NCBI GenBank assembly: GCA_965267295.1
Contig: OZ253946.1
Span: 3,600,338-3,664,337, forward strand
DNA: 64,000 bases
Source of the DNA: Pseudomonadales bacterium
GTDB lineage: Bacteria; Pseudomonadota; Gammaproteobacteria; Pseudomonadales; Azotimanducaceae
Direction: 5' to 3'
In this document: piece by piece, positions 1 through 9,044 of the stretch
Numbering within the stretch: the stretch's first letter is position 1
How the letters are laid out: the number at the start of each line of letters is the position of its first letter
The notes under the pieces: model-generated
What the model was told of the DNA's origin: nothing
The model's database searches: none
What the model saw: only the letters and a program-made list of their open reading frames with translations
Position numbers and translations under genes: made by a program

Positions 1-145
1 ATTCCTGCGGGACGTCGTTGACGCTGACGATGGCGTCGCAGCTGGCCCATTGCTCAGGCGTCACGTCGGCAAAGCGTTCGCAAAACTGAGCGCTGTGCTC
101 AGCCACGCTCGCCACTTCGATTTCACGGTTATCCGGCCAGCGCAT
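1..145 (-). CDS. hypothetical protein, N-terminal part only (gene continues past the left edge)
   Basis: ATG at 145 (minus) opens a frame with no stop down to nt 1 (MRWPDNREIEVASVAEHSAQFCERFADVTPEQW...). Third positions are GC-rich like neighbouring genes. It lies 70 nt downstream of the LLM oxidoreductase on the same strand. No family recognised. Confidence 0.3.
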   Translation of the reverse strand, partial: MRWPDNREIEVASVAEHSAQFCERFADVTPEQWASCDAIVSVNDVPQE

Positions 146-215
146 GGCCGGCCACAGAATATTGAAAGTCACAAGTCCCCCGGATCAGAGCGGCCGCGCC
201 GCATGCGTTTTGATG

Positions 216-1151
216 TTACCTGGCACCCACGGTTTCCGCCAGAAGGGCAACGCTGTCGCGCATGAGACGCGCATCCAGACCGCCAATACGCAGACGCGTT
301 GCGACCAGATGAGTCATTCCGAGGCGCGCCTGGTATTCATCAATTTTGCCGGACACCTCATCCGGGGTACCGATGATCGTCCAGTCGTCCACGTTTTCGT
401 GTTCCGCCAGGCGGGCATTATCGCTGCGCTCCGCCATCATCCGCTTCACGTCCGCCAGCACCGCGCTATCCGTCGATACGAACACGGTTCGCATGAGCGG
501 CACGACGCCGTCGAGGCTGACATCGGCCTCAGCCGCGGCTTCGGCATGGGCGGCGTAGTTCTGCTCCAGCGTCGCGATACTCTCCATCGGAGAGCAGAGG
601 TAAGGCAGACCGAGCCTGCCTGCCTGAGCCAGGGCTTTTGGTCCGAACGCAGCCACCCAGAGCGGCGGGTGTGGATCCTGGTGGGGTCGAGGATGCACCT
701 CAACGGCATGCTCAACTTCGCCGTCGAGCGCGATGGCTTTGCCCGCCCATGCGTCGCGCATGAGCTCGAGCGTCCAGGCGAAGATGCGCCGCTTTTCTTT
801 CGGAGGCACGTGGAAGGCGCGCAGCATTTCCGGCGCATAGCCGCGACCCACACCGAGAATGAGCCGCCCGTTGCTCAACTGATCCAGGACGGCTACCTGC
901 TCTGCTGCCTGCAGCGGATTGCGCAGCGTCAAAAGATAAGACGTCGTGCCAAGCCGGATCGTCTCCGTGGCACCAGCCACGCTCGCCAGCAGCGTCAGCG
1001 GATCAGGGAGGGCGTTTTCACCGAAGTGGTTCTCCGGCAGCCAGATCGATTCATAGCCACAGGCCTCCGCAAACCGGGCCTGCTCACACAAACTTGCCGC
1101 CGATAAATCGGCAAAGTTCCACGGCGTCAATCCAAGGTGCAAACCTGGCAA
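216..1151 (-). CDS. LLM-class (luciferase-like) flavin-dependent oxidoreductase
   Basis: 311-aa ORF. GYESIWLPENHF and LILGVGRGY segments and the length are typical of luciferase-like monooxygenases. TTG start at 1151 with AAGGAAG 6 nt upstream. Confidence 0.8.
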   Translation of the reverse strand: MPGLHLGLTPWNFADLSAASLCEQARFAEACGYESIWLPENHFGENALPDPLTLLASVAGATETIRLGTTSYLLTLRNPLQAAEQVAVLDQLSNGRLILGVGRGYAPEMLRAFHVPPKEKRRIFAWTLELMRDAWAGKAIALDGEVEHAVEVHPRPHQDPHPPLWVAAFGPKALAQAGRLGLPYLCSPMESIATLEQNYAAHAEAAAEADVSLDGVVPLMRTVFVSTDSAVLADVKRMMAERSDNARLAEHENVDDWTIIGTPDEVSGKIDEYQARLGMTHLVATRLRIGGLDARLMRDSVALLAETVGAR

Positions 1152-1274
1152 AATCTACTTCCTTAAATGCAGCCGCCGATTAAAGCCTCCCGCAGTCCAC
1201 CCCGCAAGCGCTCTCCTCAAGCTGCCCTACATTAAATCTCCCGGCTGCTAGTCTTAAGACAAGGAGCGCGTGCC

Positions 1275-2102
1275 ATGATCGATATACCCGTATTGTGCGA
1301 CGCCGAGCACCTCCCGCGCGTACGCCTGCTCATGGGCCACATGCAAACCCTCGGCATCCGTCTCAAGCTCGTCGAAGAAGCGGACCCCCAGGCAGGCTGC
1401 GTGCTGCTGGTGCCACGTGCCAGCCGATCACCGCTGGCCGACGTTGCGAAAGCCGAATACACCAGCGTCGTCCTCTATCTCGACCACAACGCCGAGCCAA
1501 TCGGCGGCGATCTCAATTTCCAGATACCCGCCTGGCCGGCGCGCTCTTCCGACAAAGATGTTCGGCGTCTGGCCAGCGCGCTGCGCACGGGACGGAAGGA
1601 AACCGCACCGGACCCGGATGCCGGTAAGCGGCGCTTCGATCGTAATAACCTGATTGCGCTCGGTGTGCTGGCTTTGATGGCACTGGGTCTCTATGGTCTG
1701 ACCCAGACGAGCACCGCTAACAGGGAAGCGGAGCGCGATCAGGTCGACAGAGCACCACCTGCACAAACCATCGACGCGACCACGACACCTCGAAACAACG
1801 CCACGGTAGCGCCAGCGGACAGGCAACCGGCAGGCGAAGGCGGGATGACGATAGAAGCGGCGTCCGACAACCGGTTGGCGAAACAAACCCGATCGCGGCA
1901 ATCTGCGGATTCCGAGATACGGTCCGGACAGGTGACGAGCGACGCGGCTGAGCCCACGATGCTGGCAATTGCTGTACCAGTACCACTCTGGCCGACGCTC
2001 CCGCTTTATATCTGTCCTGCATCATCACCCGGTCCGCAGCCGAAGCCGCGTGGCCTGATCTGCGAACCTCTATTTGACGAAAGCGAGCAGCTGTTCAGGT
2101 AG
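1275..2102 (+). CDS. hypothetical membrane-anchored protein
   Basis: 275-aa ORF with ATG preceded by AAGGAG 8 nt upstream. It has a ~110-aa N-terminal globular part, one hydrophobic helix (LIALGVLALMALGLYGL), then a Pro/Thr/Ala/Arg-rich low-complexity tail. No family recognised. The last 33 nt overlap the convergent hydrolase gene. Confidence 0.5.
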   Translation: MIDIPVLCDAEHLPRVRLLMGHMQTLGIRLKLVEEADPQAGCVLLVPRASRSPLADVAKAEYTSVVLYLDHNAEPIGGDLNFQIPAWPARSSDKDVRRLASALRTGRKETAPDPDAGKRRFDRNNLIALGVLALMALGLYGLTQTSTANREAERDQVDRAPPAQTIDATTTPRNNATVAPADRQPAGEGGMTIEAASDNRLAKQTRSRQSADSEIRSGQVTSDAAEPTMLAIAVPVPLWPTLPLYICPASSPGPQPKPRGLICEPLFDESEQLFR

Positions 2103-3929
2103 CAGATTCCACTGCCAGAACCACCATACGAGCGCAACGTCAGCCAGCACCATCAGGCTGAAATGCAGCCGCCGGCTGAACCACCAGAACCCATCCGCCC
2201 AGACGCGATAGACATAGAGGAGACGCATCAGCACCAGACCAGCCACAGCAACCGGGAACCACAACAGGTCAGGAACCTCCCTGAAGCCGTGCATCAGCAG
2301 GTGATAACCATCTCCACCGGCAGCGTTGGCCACCTGCAGAATGAAAAAGAGCGTGATTAGAATCGTCAAGATGGTGAGCACAACCGGCATCGTCTGCCCT
2401 CGCCCCCGTGCTCTGCGGCTGCCGATCACATAGCTGAGCGGCCAGAGAATCAACACCCCAACGGCCAGGAGCAGCCAGATGGCCAGCAGCGTGCCGTTCA
2501 ACGGCAGCGACTCGGAGGTCCGCACACGCGTGAATGCAAACACCGGCTGCGCGCTGAAGTAGAGACGCAGGGTGTCGCCATCCTGAAACACAATCCGTTC
2601 CGAGCCATTCACCTCTTGATAAAGCCCTCGGTCCAGCTTCTTGAAAGGCCGCGGCCCGCCCGCATCGGTGACCCACAACGTGCTCTCGTACTCGTCAAAT
2701 CTGATCGAGACGGTATTGGTCAGGGCCATGAGCTTCGTAAAGTTGCTGTGATTGCGCCGCGCGCTGACATAGGTACCGACGTACCCCCTGGCGTCATCCA
2801 CGCCCTCCAGCCTGGGCCGTTCACCTGCCAGACCAAGCTCGTGGGCGAACGTGTCAGCAAGCGCGTTGGCCAGCACGCCGCCACCCGCGGTATTGGTCGA
2901 CACGAAGAGCCCGAGCCGTTCTTCCGGCCAGAGCACCATGAGCGATTCAAAGAGAATGGTGTTCCCGCCATGGCCCACAGCCCGGGCACCCCCCTGAGAC
3001 ATTTCATACATGCCGAGCGTCATCCCATTGACTTCCGGGTGGGTGACGTACGCGCCGCTCAAGAGCTGCGTTTTGGACGACGCGGACAGCACGCTGGTGC
3101 TTTCCGGATTCAGTAGCTCCACCATCAACCGCGCCATATCCAGCGCGGAAGCGGTTGCAGCGCCTGCGGGTGCAAGTGGCACAAAGACAAATCCCTGCTC
3201 TTCGAACCCTTCTGCCGGTCTGGTGTAACCCCTTGCGCGACTGGCCTCGATGGTTTCGCTGACCGGCTGACGCGTTGTCGCGTCTGTCATTCCCAGGGGC
3301 CGAAGGATGCTGGTTTCCACATAGTCATGCCAATCCATACCGGAAACCTGGGCGACAATATGCCCGGCAAGACCAACGCCATAGTTCGAATAGCTCACCT
3401 GCACGCCGGGCGGGGCAACCCGTCGCGGCATCGTTTGCGCCAGCGTCGTGGCAAGCGTACCCACCTGCCGCGGGCCTGTAACAAAAAGATCAACCAGATT
3501 GTCCTCGAACCCAGGCGTGTGCGTCATTAGATGTCGCAGCGTAATCGAGTCGCTGAAATCACGCGGTACCGAAAAGTCACTCAGATACGTATTGACGTCG
3601 GCATCGAGATCCAGCTTGCCTGCTTCCACCAGCTGCAACACGCTGATCCAGGTGAGCACTTTGGTGATGCTCCCGATCCGAAACTGAGTCACTCGTCCGG
3701 CCACCGGGCGCGCGCGTTCGACGTCGGCCAGGCCATAACCTTTCGCCATGACCAGCCGGCCATTCGCAACAATCGAAACGGTGGCGCCTGCGGTCTCGCG
3801 CGCCACGATCGAGCGTTCCACGACGCCGTCGACAAAGCGTTCGATCGAGGATGCTGTCACAGACGCCGACAGGGCAGACGGGCTGAACATCAGCAGACAC
3901 AACCCAACGCAGCGTTTAAGAATCCTCAA
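2070..3929 (-). CDS. beta-lactamase-fold serine hydrolase with C-terminal membrane region
   Basis: SxxK (FRIGSITKVLT), YxN (SYSNYG) and HGG (VGHGGNT) motifs occur in class C beta-lactamase/esterase order. The last ~150 aa contain four hydrophobic helices. The ORF-track start (4148) would bury ~230 nt in the upstream gene. TTG 3929 (MRILKRCVGLCLLMFSPSALSA, signal-like) or ATG 3890 is more likely. Confidence 0.85.
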   Translation of the reverse strand: MRILKRCVGLCLLMFSPSALSASVTASSIERFVDGVVERSIVARETAGATVSIVANGRLVMAKGYGLADVERARPVAGRVTQFRIGSITKVLTWISVLQLVEAGKLDLDADVNTYLSDFSVPRDFSDSITLRHLMTHTPGFEDNLVDLFVTGPRQVGTLATTLAQTMPRRVAPPGVQVSYSNYGVGLAGHIVAQVSGMDWHDYVETSILRPLGMTDATTRQPVSETIEASRARGYTRPAEGFEEQGFVFVPLAPAGAATASALDMARLMVELLNPESTSVLSASSKTQLLSGAYVTHPEVNGMTLGMYEMSQGGARAVGHGGNTILFESLMVLWPEERLGLFVSTNTAGGGVLANALADTFAHELGLAGERPRLEGVDDARGYVGTYVSARRNHSNFTKLMALTNTVSIRFDEYESTLWVTDAGGPRPFKKLDRGLYQEVNGSERIVFQDGDTLRLYFSAQPVFAFTRVRTSESLPLNGTLLAIWLLLAVGVLILWPLSYVIGSRRARGRGQTMPVVLTILTILITLFFILQVANAAGGDGYHLLMHGFREVPDLLWFPVAVAGLVLMRLLYVYRVWADGFWWFSRRLHFSLMVLADVALVWWFWQWNLLPEQLLAFVK

Positions 3930-4821
3930 TCTCTGCCACCTGTCCTTCTGGATCCGCGTCGATGCGCTGTAGCAACGCCATCGCCCGCATGGTTGCGATG
4001 ACGGCCGCAACGTGACGGTCCAGAGCAAAGCCGTGATAAAGCGGATCGTCTTCCAGCAACAGGCACCGGCTGCCTTCGCCACAGCGGAATTCCGTCCGCT
4101 CACCAAAGGTATTGCCGGCCGGACCGTATTCGCCGAAGTCTTCCGCATCGTCAGCTAACGTCCAGTAGGCTTCCCAGGTCACCGGAAAACCATAAATCTG
4201 GCCCTGTACCGACGTGATGGTATCCGACGCCACCTCGACCAGCACCTCCTGGTAGCTGGCAGGTGCATCGAGGTAAGCACAGCTGTCCTGCAGGGCCTCT
4301 TCGGTCTGCACCGCGTCCACGGGATACCTGTTGAACCGGTCGCTGAAAGACAGCCGCCACCAGCGCCCCGTATAGACCGGTACTGCATGTGCAGGAGACG
4401 ACACCTTCTGCACGTAGTTGATCAGACGCCCGAGGTGGCGCAGGCGCTCCTGGCGCTTGTCGGCACGTTGGATATTACGGCTGAGGCTTTTGAAATGGTC
4501 ATGAAACCGGGTGTCGATGAAGCCCAGCGTCGAGCGGTTTTCCTGATCCAGCCGGTTGTAGTAGTCCCAGCGAAACATGCGAACAAACACATTTGGATCC
4601 GCCTGCCCGACGTTGGCCTTCACCACGTAGCGCGTATCCAATGCGGAAAGCGTCTCTAGATCCGCCCGGCGCTCCGCGCAGCGGTTGTACTGCCGAGCCG
4701 CCATGAAGGTGAGCTGCTGGTGAATTTGCGGTTCGTAGGCGTACGCCGGGGCGCCGCCAGCTAACGCAAAACTAAGTGCGCTCAGCAGCAACAGCGGGCG
4801 ACAAGCGCTCAACGTGTTCAT
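3916..4821 (-). CDS. secreted protein of unknown function
   Basis: ORF 3916..4863. ATG at 4821 gives a clean signal peptide (MNTLSACRPLLLLSALSFALAGGAPAYA). The mature part has His-containing segments (FHDHF, SSPAHAVP), but no family is recognised. Confidence 0.6.
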   Translation of the reverse strand: MNTLSACRPLLLLSALSFALAGGAPAYAYEPQIHQQLTFMAARQYNRCAERRADLETLSALDTRYVVKANVGQADPNVFVRMFRWDYYNRLDQENRSTLGFIDTRFHDHFKSLSRNIQRADKRQERLRHLGRLINYVQKVSSPAHAVPVYTGRWWRLSFSDRFNRYPVDAVQTEEALQDSCAYLDAPASYQEVLVEVASDTITSVQGQIYGFPVTWEAYWTLADDAEDFGEYGPAGNTFGERTEFRCGEGSRCLLLEDDPLYHGFALDRHVAAVIATMRAMALLQRIDADPEGQVAEIEDS

Positions 4822-5293
4822 CCGTCTGCAAGGCCTCGAGGAGCGCCTGCACGGTGCAGGCATTTCCCGGCCACTCGAACTCGGGGGCTATTTCAGTCAA
4901 CGGTGCCAGGACAAACAGCCTGTCCGCCGCTCGGGGGTGCGGCAGTTGAAAGCGCGGCGTATCTCGACGCTCGTCGCCAAACGCAAGGAGATCTAGGTCC
5001 AGCGGCCGCGGCGCGTGGCGCGGTGACACGGCCGGACGTCCAAACTCCTGCTCGAGCGCTTTCAGGTCCGCCAGAAGCGTCTCTGGCGTCAGGCCCGCGC
5101 GCGGGTGGAAAACAACGGCGGCGTTGATGAAGTCACCGGTGTCTGGCGCACAATCGACGGGCGAGGTCCGATACAGGCTCGACCGGCGCATCGAGCCGGC
5201 TGCGGCATATGCCTGCAGGCGCTGTATCGCCGCCTCGACAATTGCCACGGACTCGCCTTGATTGCTACCCAACCCAACCAGTACCAAGCTCAT
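4772..5293 (-). CDS. folK: 2-amino-4-hydroxy-6-hydroxymethyldihydropteridine diphosphokinase (HPPK)
   Basis: 173-aa ORF. The VGLGSNQG N-terminus and the PLDLDLL and QLPHPR segments are typical of FolK. Confidence 0.9.
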   Translation of the reverse strand: MSLVLVGLGSNQGESVAIVEAAIQRLQAYAAAGSMRRSSLYRTSPVDCAPDTGDFINAAVVFHPRAGLTPETLLADLKALEQEFGRPAVSPRHAPRPLDLDLLAFGDERRDTPRFQLPHPRAADRLFVLAPLTEIAPEFEWPGNACTVQALLEALQTDEHVERLSPAVAAERT

Positions 5294-5560
5294 CCCTTCG
5301 CCTATCCCAACGTCTACCGGAGATGCTGCGCATCCGCACCAGCACCGGTCTTCTTGTCATTATCGCTTGTCTTCGTGTCGCACGGCGCGTATCAGGGCCC
5401 GCGACAAGCTACATGACCTCGTTCACAACATGCGCCAGACGACACTTTAAACCGAAACCCGGATAGGTGGGTAGCCGAGCGGATCTCCCGGCATAGCGTT
5501 GAGGACACAAACGCGCAAGGTCATGTTCGCCCGATGCCGCGCGGGTTATGGCGCCCCCGC

Positions 5561-5594
5561 AAAACGACATCGGGCACGCAAAGCGTGCCCGATG
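5561..5594 (-). terminator. rho-independent terminator downstream of the S8 protease gene
   Basis: Perfect 12-bp stem CATCGGGCACGC/GCGTGCCCGATG (5568-5579 / 5583-5594) with a 3-nt loop, ~22 nt past the protease stop. On the minus strand it is followed by GTCGTTTTG. Confidence 0.65.
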
Positions 5595-5616
5595 AGTTGT
5601 TGATGCGGCTCCAGGG

Positions 5617-7533
5617 CTATTTCTGGTCGCTCACTCGACCCAGCATCTCTTCGACGTCTATCAGGCCGTACCCCCAGACGCTATCGAAATCTTCCTCACC
5701 GCGGTCGTCCGACGTTGTTCTGATGAGTCGGTCGAACTCGTTGTAGCCAATAGACGGATCCGCCTCCTTAACCAGGGCTGCAATGGCCGCAGCATGAGGT
5801 GCCGAAGCCGAGGTGCCATAAAACACTTCCGGGAACCCACCGAATCCCGTCACGCTGACCCCGTCCGTCGCCGTCACCTTCGGCGTTCGACGCGCCTGCG
5901 AGAGCGGCAGTCCCTTCGGGCTGAAGTAGATCAGCGAAGGTCCCTGCGAGCTGAACGGCTCAATGATGTCCAGCATCGGGTTGGGCGTACCGTCCAGGTT
6001 AACGACGGCACCGGTCGCTGCAACCGAGATTGCCAGCCGGGCAGCCGCGTGTCCCCAGACGCTGCCTGCAGCAACGTTGTAGAGGGGATCTACGGCGAAG
6101 AGGCCGTTGAAGTTCATCTCCAGCACTTTGTCGGGATCTCCCGCAAAACGATCGACGACAATGAAGAACGGTTTGACATCACCAATCGGCGGCTCGCCGT
6201 CGGGATTCACGACAAACGCAATCTCCAGGGGATCGTCATCGCCATCCTGCGCCTCGACGCCGTTACCACCAATCGGGTACTCCCCGGCAGGATCACCCGC
6301 AGGAAAACCGTTGATGTCGAATAGATAGACGTCGTAGTCGTTCGCAGCAGCACCAAACTTGTCATTCCATTGCATGAAGACGGCAAAAAAGTTACCCGCA
6401 CCGCCGACGACGCCCAGCCAATCGACATCCGACTCTTCTCCAGCAGCCAGGCCGAAGTCGTGTAGATTCAGCAGTGGAACCGGCAGATCGAGATCGGGGA
6501 AATTGTCGACGTAACCGAGCTCGTAGTGGTTGTCGCCGCTGTTGCCTGCGGAAGAAAAGTAGATGGTGTCGTAGTCTTTGACGGCCGCGTTCACGGCCTG
6601 GGCGACAACCCCGTCCTCGAAATACGGCTCCGTCAGGTACGCCACGTCATCGACGACAATGTCGCAGCCTTTGCCACCGAACGCGTCACGGGCGAGATAG
6701 AGGATCGAGGCCGCCAGGCCATCTTCGCCGGCAGCGCCGAATGCAGGACAGAATCCAAGCGTGGCCCCGGGTGCAAGGTCGTGAATGATCTCCAGCATCG
6801 CGGTGCCTTCAGCACCCGCGTTGTCGGTGGGCACTACGCTTGGATCGCAATACTCGATCGCCGGGTTCCCGAGCTTATCCGCCGGCAAATCACCGCTCAG
6901 CACAGATTCCTCCGCGCCGTCGGTGCCGTCGGATATGACACATACGGTGACCCCCTTGCCATCGACATCGTAGATCTTGCGCGCAAAGTCGGCACCCAGG
7001 GCGGCGTCACCTTCACTCAATACGCTGCCCGTGTGCACCAGCTCGCCGATGACCGGCTCTATCCGCATGATCGCGGCGTTCGTTTCTGCGCTCGATAGCG
7101 CTTCAGCCAGCCCGGAAACCGGACAGCTGACATGCGCCATCTGCCCTTCCACGCGATGGACATGAAGGTCCATGCCTGCCAGCGTGCTGGTAACGCTCGA
7201 GACGGTGTCCGCCATCTGCATGCGCAGGTAAATCTGGCCGTTGTGGATTTTCAAAAGCGGGTGTTCTGCCGCCGCGTCAACGGCTGCGCGGTCAGCAAAG
7301 TTGCGCAGCATCTCGCCTGCCTTGGGCGCGGCGACCGCTTTTGCTGCCCGACTGGCTTCGATGTGAGCCAGCGCTCGTTCCCTGGCTTCGCTCGACATGA
7401 CGCTGGATGGTAGTGCGTTGAGCTGTTCAACGCTGAGGATCTGTTTCTGCCTTACGGGGTCTGCCTGTAGCGACGGGCTGGCCAGCACCGCGGTCAGAAG
7501 CACAGCAAGGCACAACGAAATACGACTGAACAT
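5617..7533 (-). CDS. secreted subtilisin-like serine protease (peptidase S8)
   Basis: Asp motif VCVISDGTDG, oxyanion-hole motif SSAGNSGD and Ser motif YGTSASAPHAAAIAALV. ATG 7533 has GGGAGAG 7 nt upstream and gives the signal peptide MFSRISLCLAVLLTAVLASPSLQA. The ORF-track GTG start is 7563. Confidence 0.9.
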   Translation of the reverse strand: MFSRISLCLAVLLTAVLASPSLQADPVRQKQILSVEQLNALPSSVMSSEARERALAHIEASRAAKAVAAPKAGEMLRNFADRAAVDAAAEHPLLKIHNGQIYLRMQMADTVSSVTSTLAGMDLHVHRVEGQMAHVSCPVSGLAEALSSAETNAAIMRIEPVIGELVHTGSVLSEGDAALGADFARKIYDVDGKGVTVCVISDGTDGAEESVLSGDLPADKLGNPAIEYCDPSVVPTDNAGAEGTAMLEIIHDLAPGATLGFCPAFGAAGEDGLAASILYLARDAFGGKGCDIVVDDVAYLTEPYFEDGVVAQAVNAAVKDYDTIYFSSAGNSGDNHYELGYVDNFPDLDLPVPLLNLHDFGLAAGEESDVDWLGVVGGAGNFFAVFMQWNDKFGAAANDYDVYLFDINGFPAGDPAGEYPIGGNGVEAQDGDDDPLEIAFVVNPDGEPPIGDVKPFFIVVDRFAGDPDKVLEMNFNGLFAVDPLYNVAAGSVWGHAAARLAISVAATGAVVNLDGTPNPMLDIIEPFSSQGPSLIYFSPKGLPLSQARRTPKVTATDGVSVTGFGGFPEVFYGTSASAPHAAAIAALVKEADPSIGYNEFDRLIRTTSDDRGEEDFDSVWGYGLIDVEEMLGRVSDQK

Positions 7534-7655
7534 TGACGATCTCTCCCTGTTCCAAGTGTTCACTTGCGTCTACTGCGTTATTCCTGACGCAATGGGACTT
7601 TCATCTTGGGGAAAGGCTCGGAACAATGCAATGAGCTTTACGTTGCGCGACCGCC

Positions 7656-9029
7656 TTAGCGCAGGATCACGTTGCCGAAACGACCATTGCGGTAAACCCG
7701 CAAGACGATCTGACGCGCGCTGAGTTTGACCGCCTCGCGCAGTTCGTTGACGTCCCGCACCGAGCGGCGGTTGACGGCAACAATGACGTCCCCGGTTCTG
7801 AGTCCATAAGCGTGCACGTTGCTCGCGGGATCGATAAAGGTGGTCAGCACGCCGGAACTCAAGCCGGGCTCGTCCGGATTCCAGAAATTCTCGAGCTCGG
7901 CGCCTGCCAGGCGCGGGTCAACGAGGCGTCCAACGACGCGTTGCTGCCGGTTGTCTACGATCTCCAGCTCAACGGAGCGGCTGCGACCCTCACGCACGAG
8001 TTCAACGTCCACTTCGTCGCCGACGAACATGACGGCAGCCTGGCTGTGAAAATCGGCAATCCTGCGGATGTTCCGTTCTCCCACCTGAGTGATGATGTCA
8101 CCCGGCTGCAGCCCTGCCGCGGCGGCAGGCGTTTCCGGCTCAACTTCCACGACCACAACACCGTCATTGCCCTCGACGTCAAACGCTCTGGCCAGCTCCG
8201 GATTGAGGTTCTGGACGACGACGCCTATGAGGCCGCGATTCACCTCGCCGTGGTCGATGAGCTCCTGCATCACAGCCCGGACCATATTCGCTGGAATCGC
8301 GAAACCGATACCGACATTGCCCCCACTCGGCGCTAGTATGGCGGTGTTGATGCCGACCAGATCGCCGCGGAGATCAACCAGGGCGCCGCCCGAATTCCCC
8401 GGGTTGATGGGCGCGTCCGTCTGAATGAAGTCTTCATAACCCTCTATCCCCAATCCGGATCGTCCCAGCGCACTGACAATGCCGCTGGTAACCGTCTGAT
8501 TGAGACCAAACGGGTTACCAATGGCGACGACAAAATCGCCAACTCGAACATTCGCGCTGTTGGCGAAACCAATTTCCACGAGCGCCTCGGGGTCAACCTT
8601 CAACACCGCTAGATCCACCTGCGGGTCGCGTCCGACCAGCTCTGCCTGCAGGATGCGCCCATCAGCAAGCCCAATCGCAATTTCGTCCGCGCGCTCGATC
8701 ACATGGTTGTTGGTGACGATGTAGCCTGCCGCGGCATCAACCACGACCCCGGAGCCGGAGCTTTGCGTGCGTCCCCGTGGAACGCGGAAAAAACGGCGGA
8801 AGAACGGATCATCCAGGAGTGGATTGGAGCTGCGCGCCGCCGTGTAAGTGGCGATGTTGACCACCGCTGGATTGACGCGCTCCAGCATACCCGCAAGGCT
8901 GGGTAACTGCCCTTCCCCTGGAACCTCGAGCGGTAGCGCGGCGACGGCCGGTAACGGCAGACCAAGGGCAACAAGAACGAAAACAATGGGACTCAAACGC
9001 ATTTCAGGTACTTCTAATCGATTTGTCAT
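7656..9029 (-). CDS. periplasmic serine endoprotease, DegP/DegQ (HtrA) family
   Basis: HtrA catalytic segments TNNHV and GNSGGALVDLRGDLVGINTAI. The C-terminal half looks like two PDZ repeats. N-terminal signal peptide present. The start may be ATG 9002 instead of 9029. Confidence 0.9.
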   Translation of the reverse strand: MTNRLEVPEMRLSPIVFVLVALGLPLPAVAALPLEVPGEGQLPSLAGMLERVNPAVVNIATYTAARSSNPLLDDPFFRRFFRVPRGRTQSSGSGVVVDAAAGYIVTNNHVIERADEIAIGLADGRILQAELVGRDPQVDLAVLKVDPEALVEIGFANSANVRVGDFVVAIGNPFGLNQTVTSGIVSALGRSGLGIEGYEDFIQTDAPINPGNSGGALVDLRGDLVGINTAILAPSGGNVGIGFAIPANMVRAVMQELIDHGEVNRGLIGVVVQNLNPELARAFDVEGNDGVVVVEVEPETPAAAAGLQPGDIITQVGERNIRRIADFHSQAAVMFVGDEVDVELVREGRSRSVELEIVDNRQQRVVGRLVDPRLAGAELENFWNPDEPGLSSGVLTTFIDPASNVHAYGLRTGDVIVAVNRRSVRDVNELREAVKLSARQIVLRVYRNGRFGNVILR

Positions 9030-9044
9030 TTTGTAGGTAAGACA

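Noticed and set aside
1275-1600. The N-terminal domain of the 275-aa ORF as a TIR-like signalling or defence domain.
   Set aside because: Only a vague strand-helix-strand resemblance is present. None of the conserved TIR motifs or the catalytic Glu context can be identified by eye.
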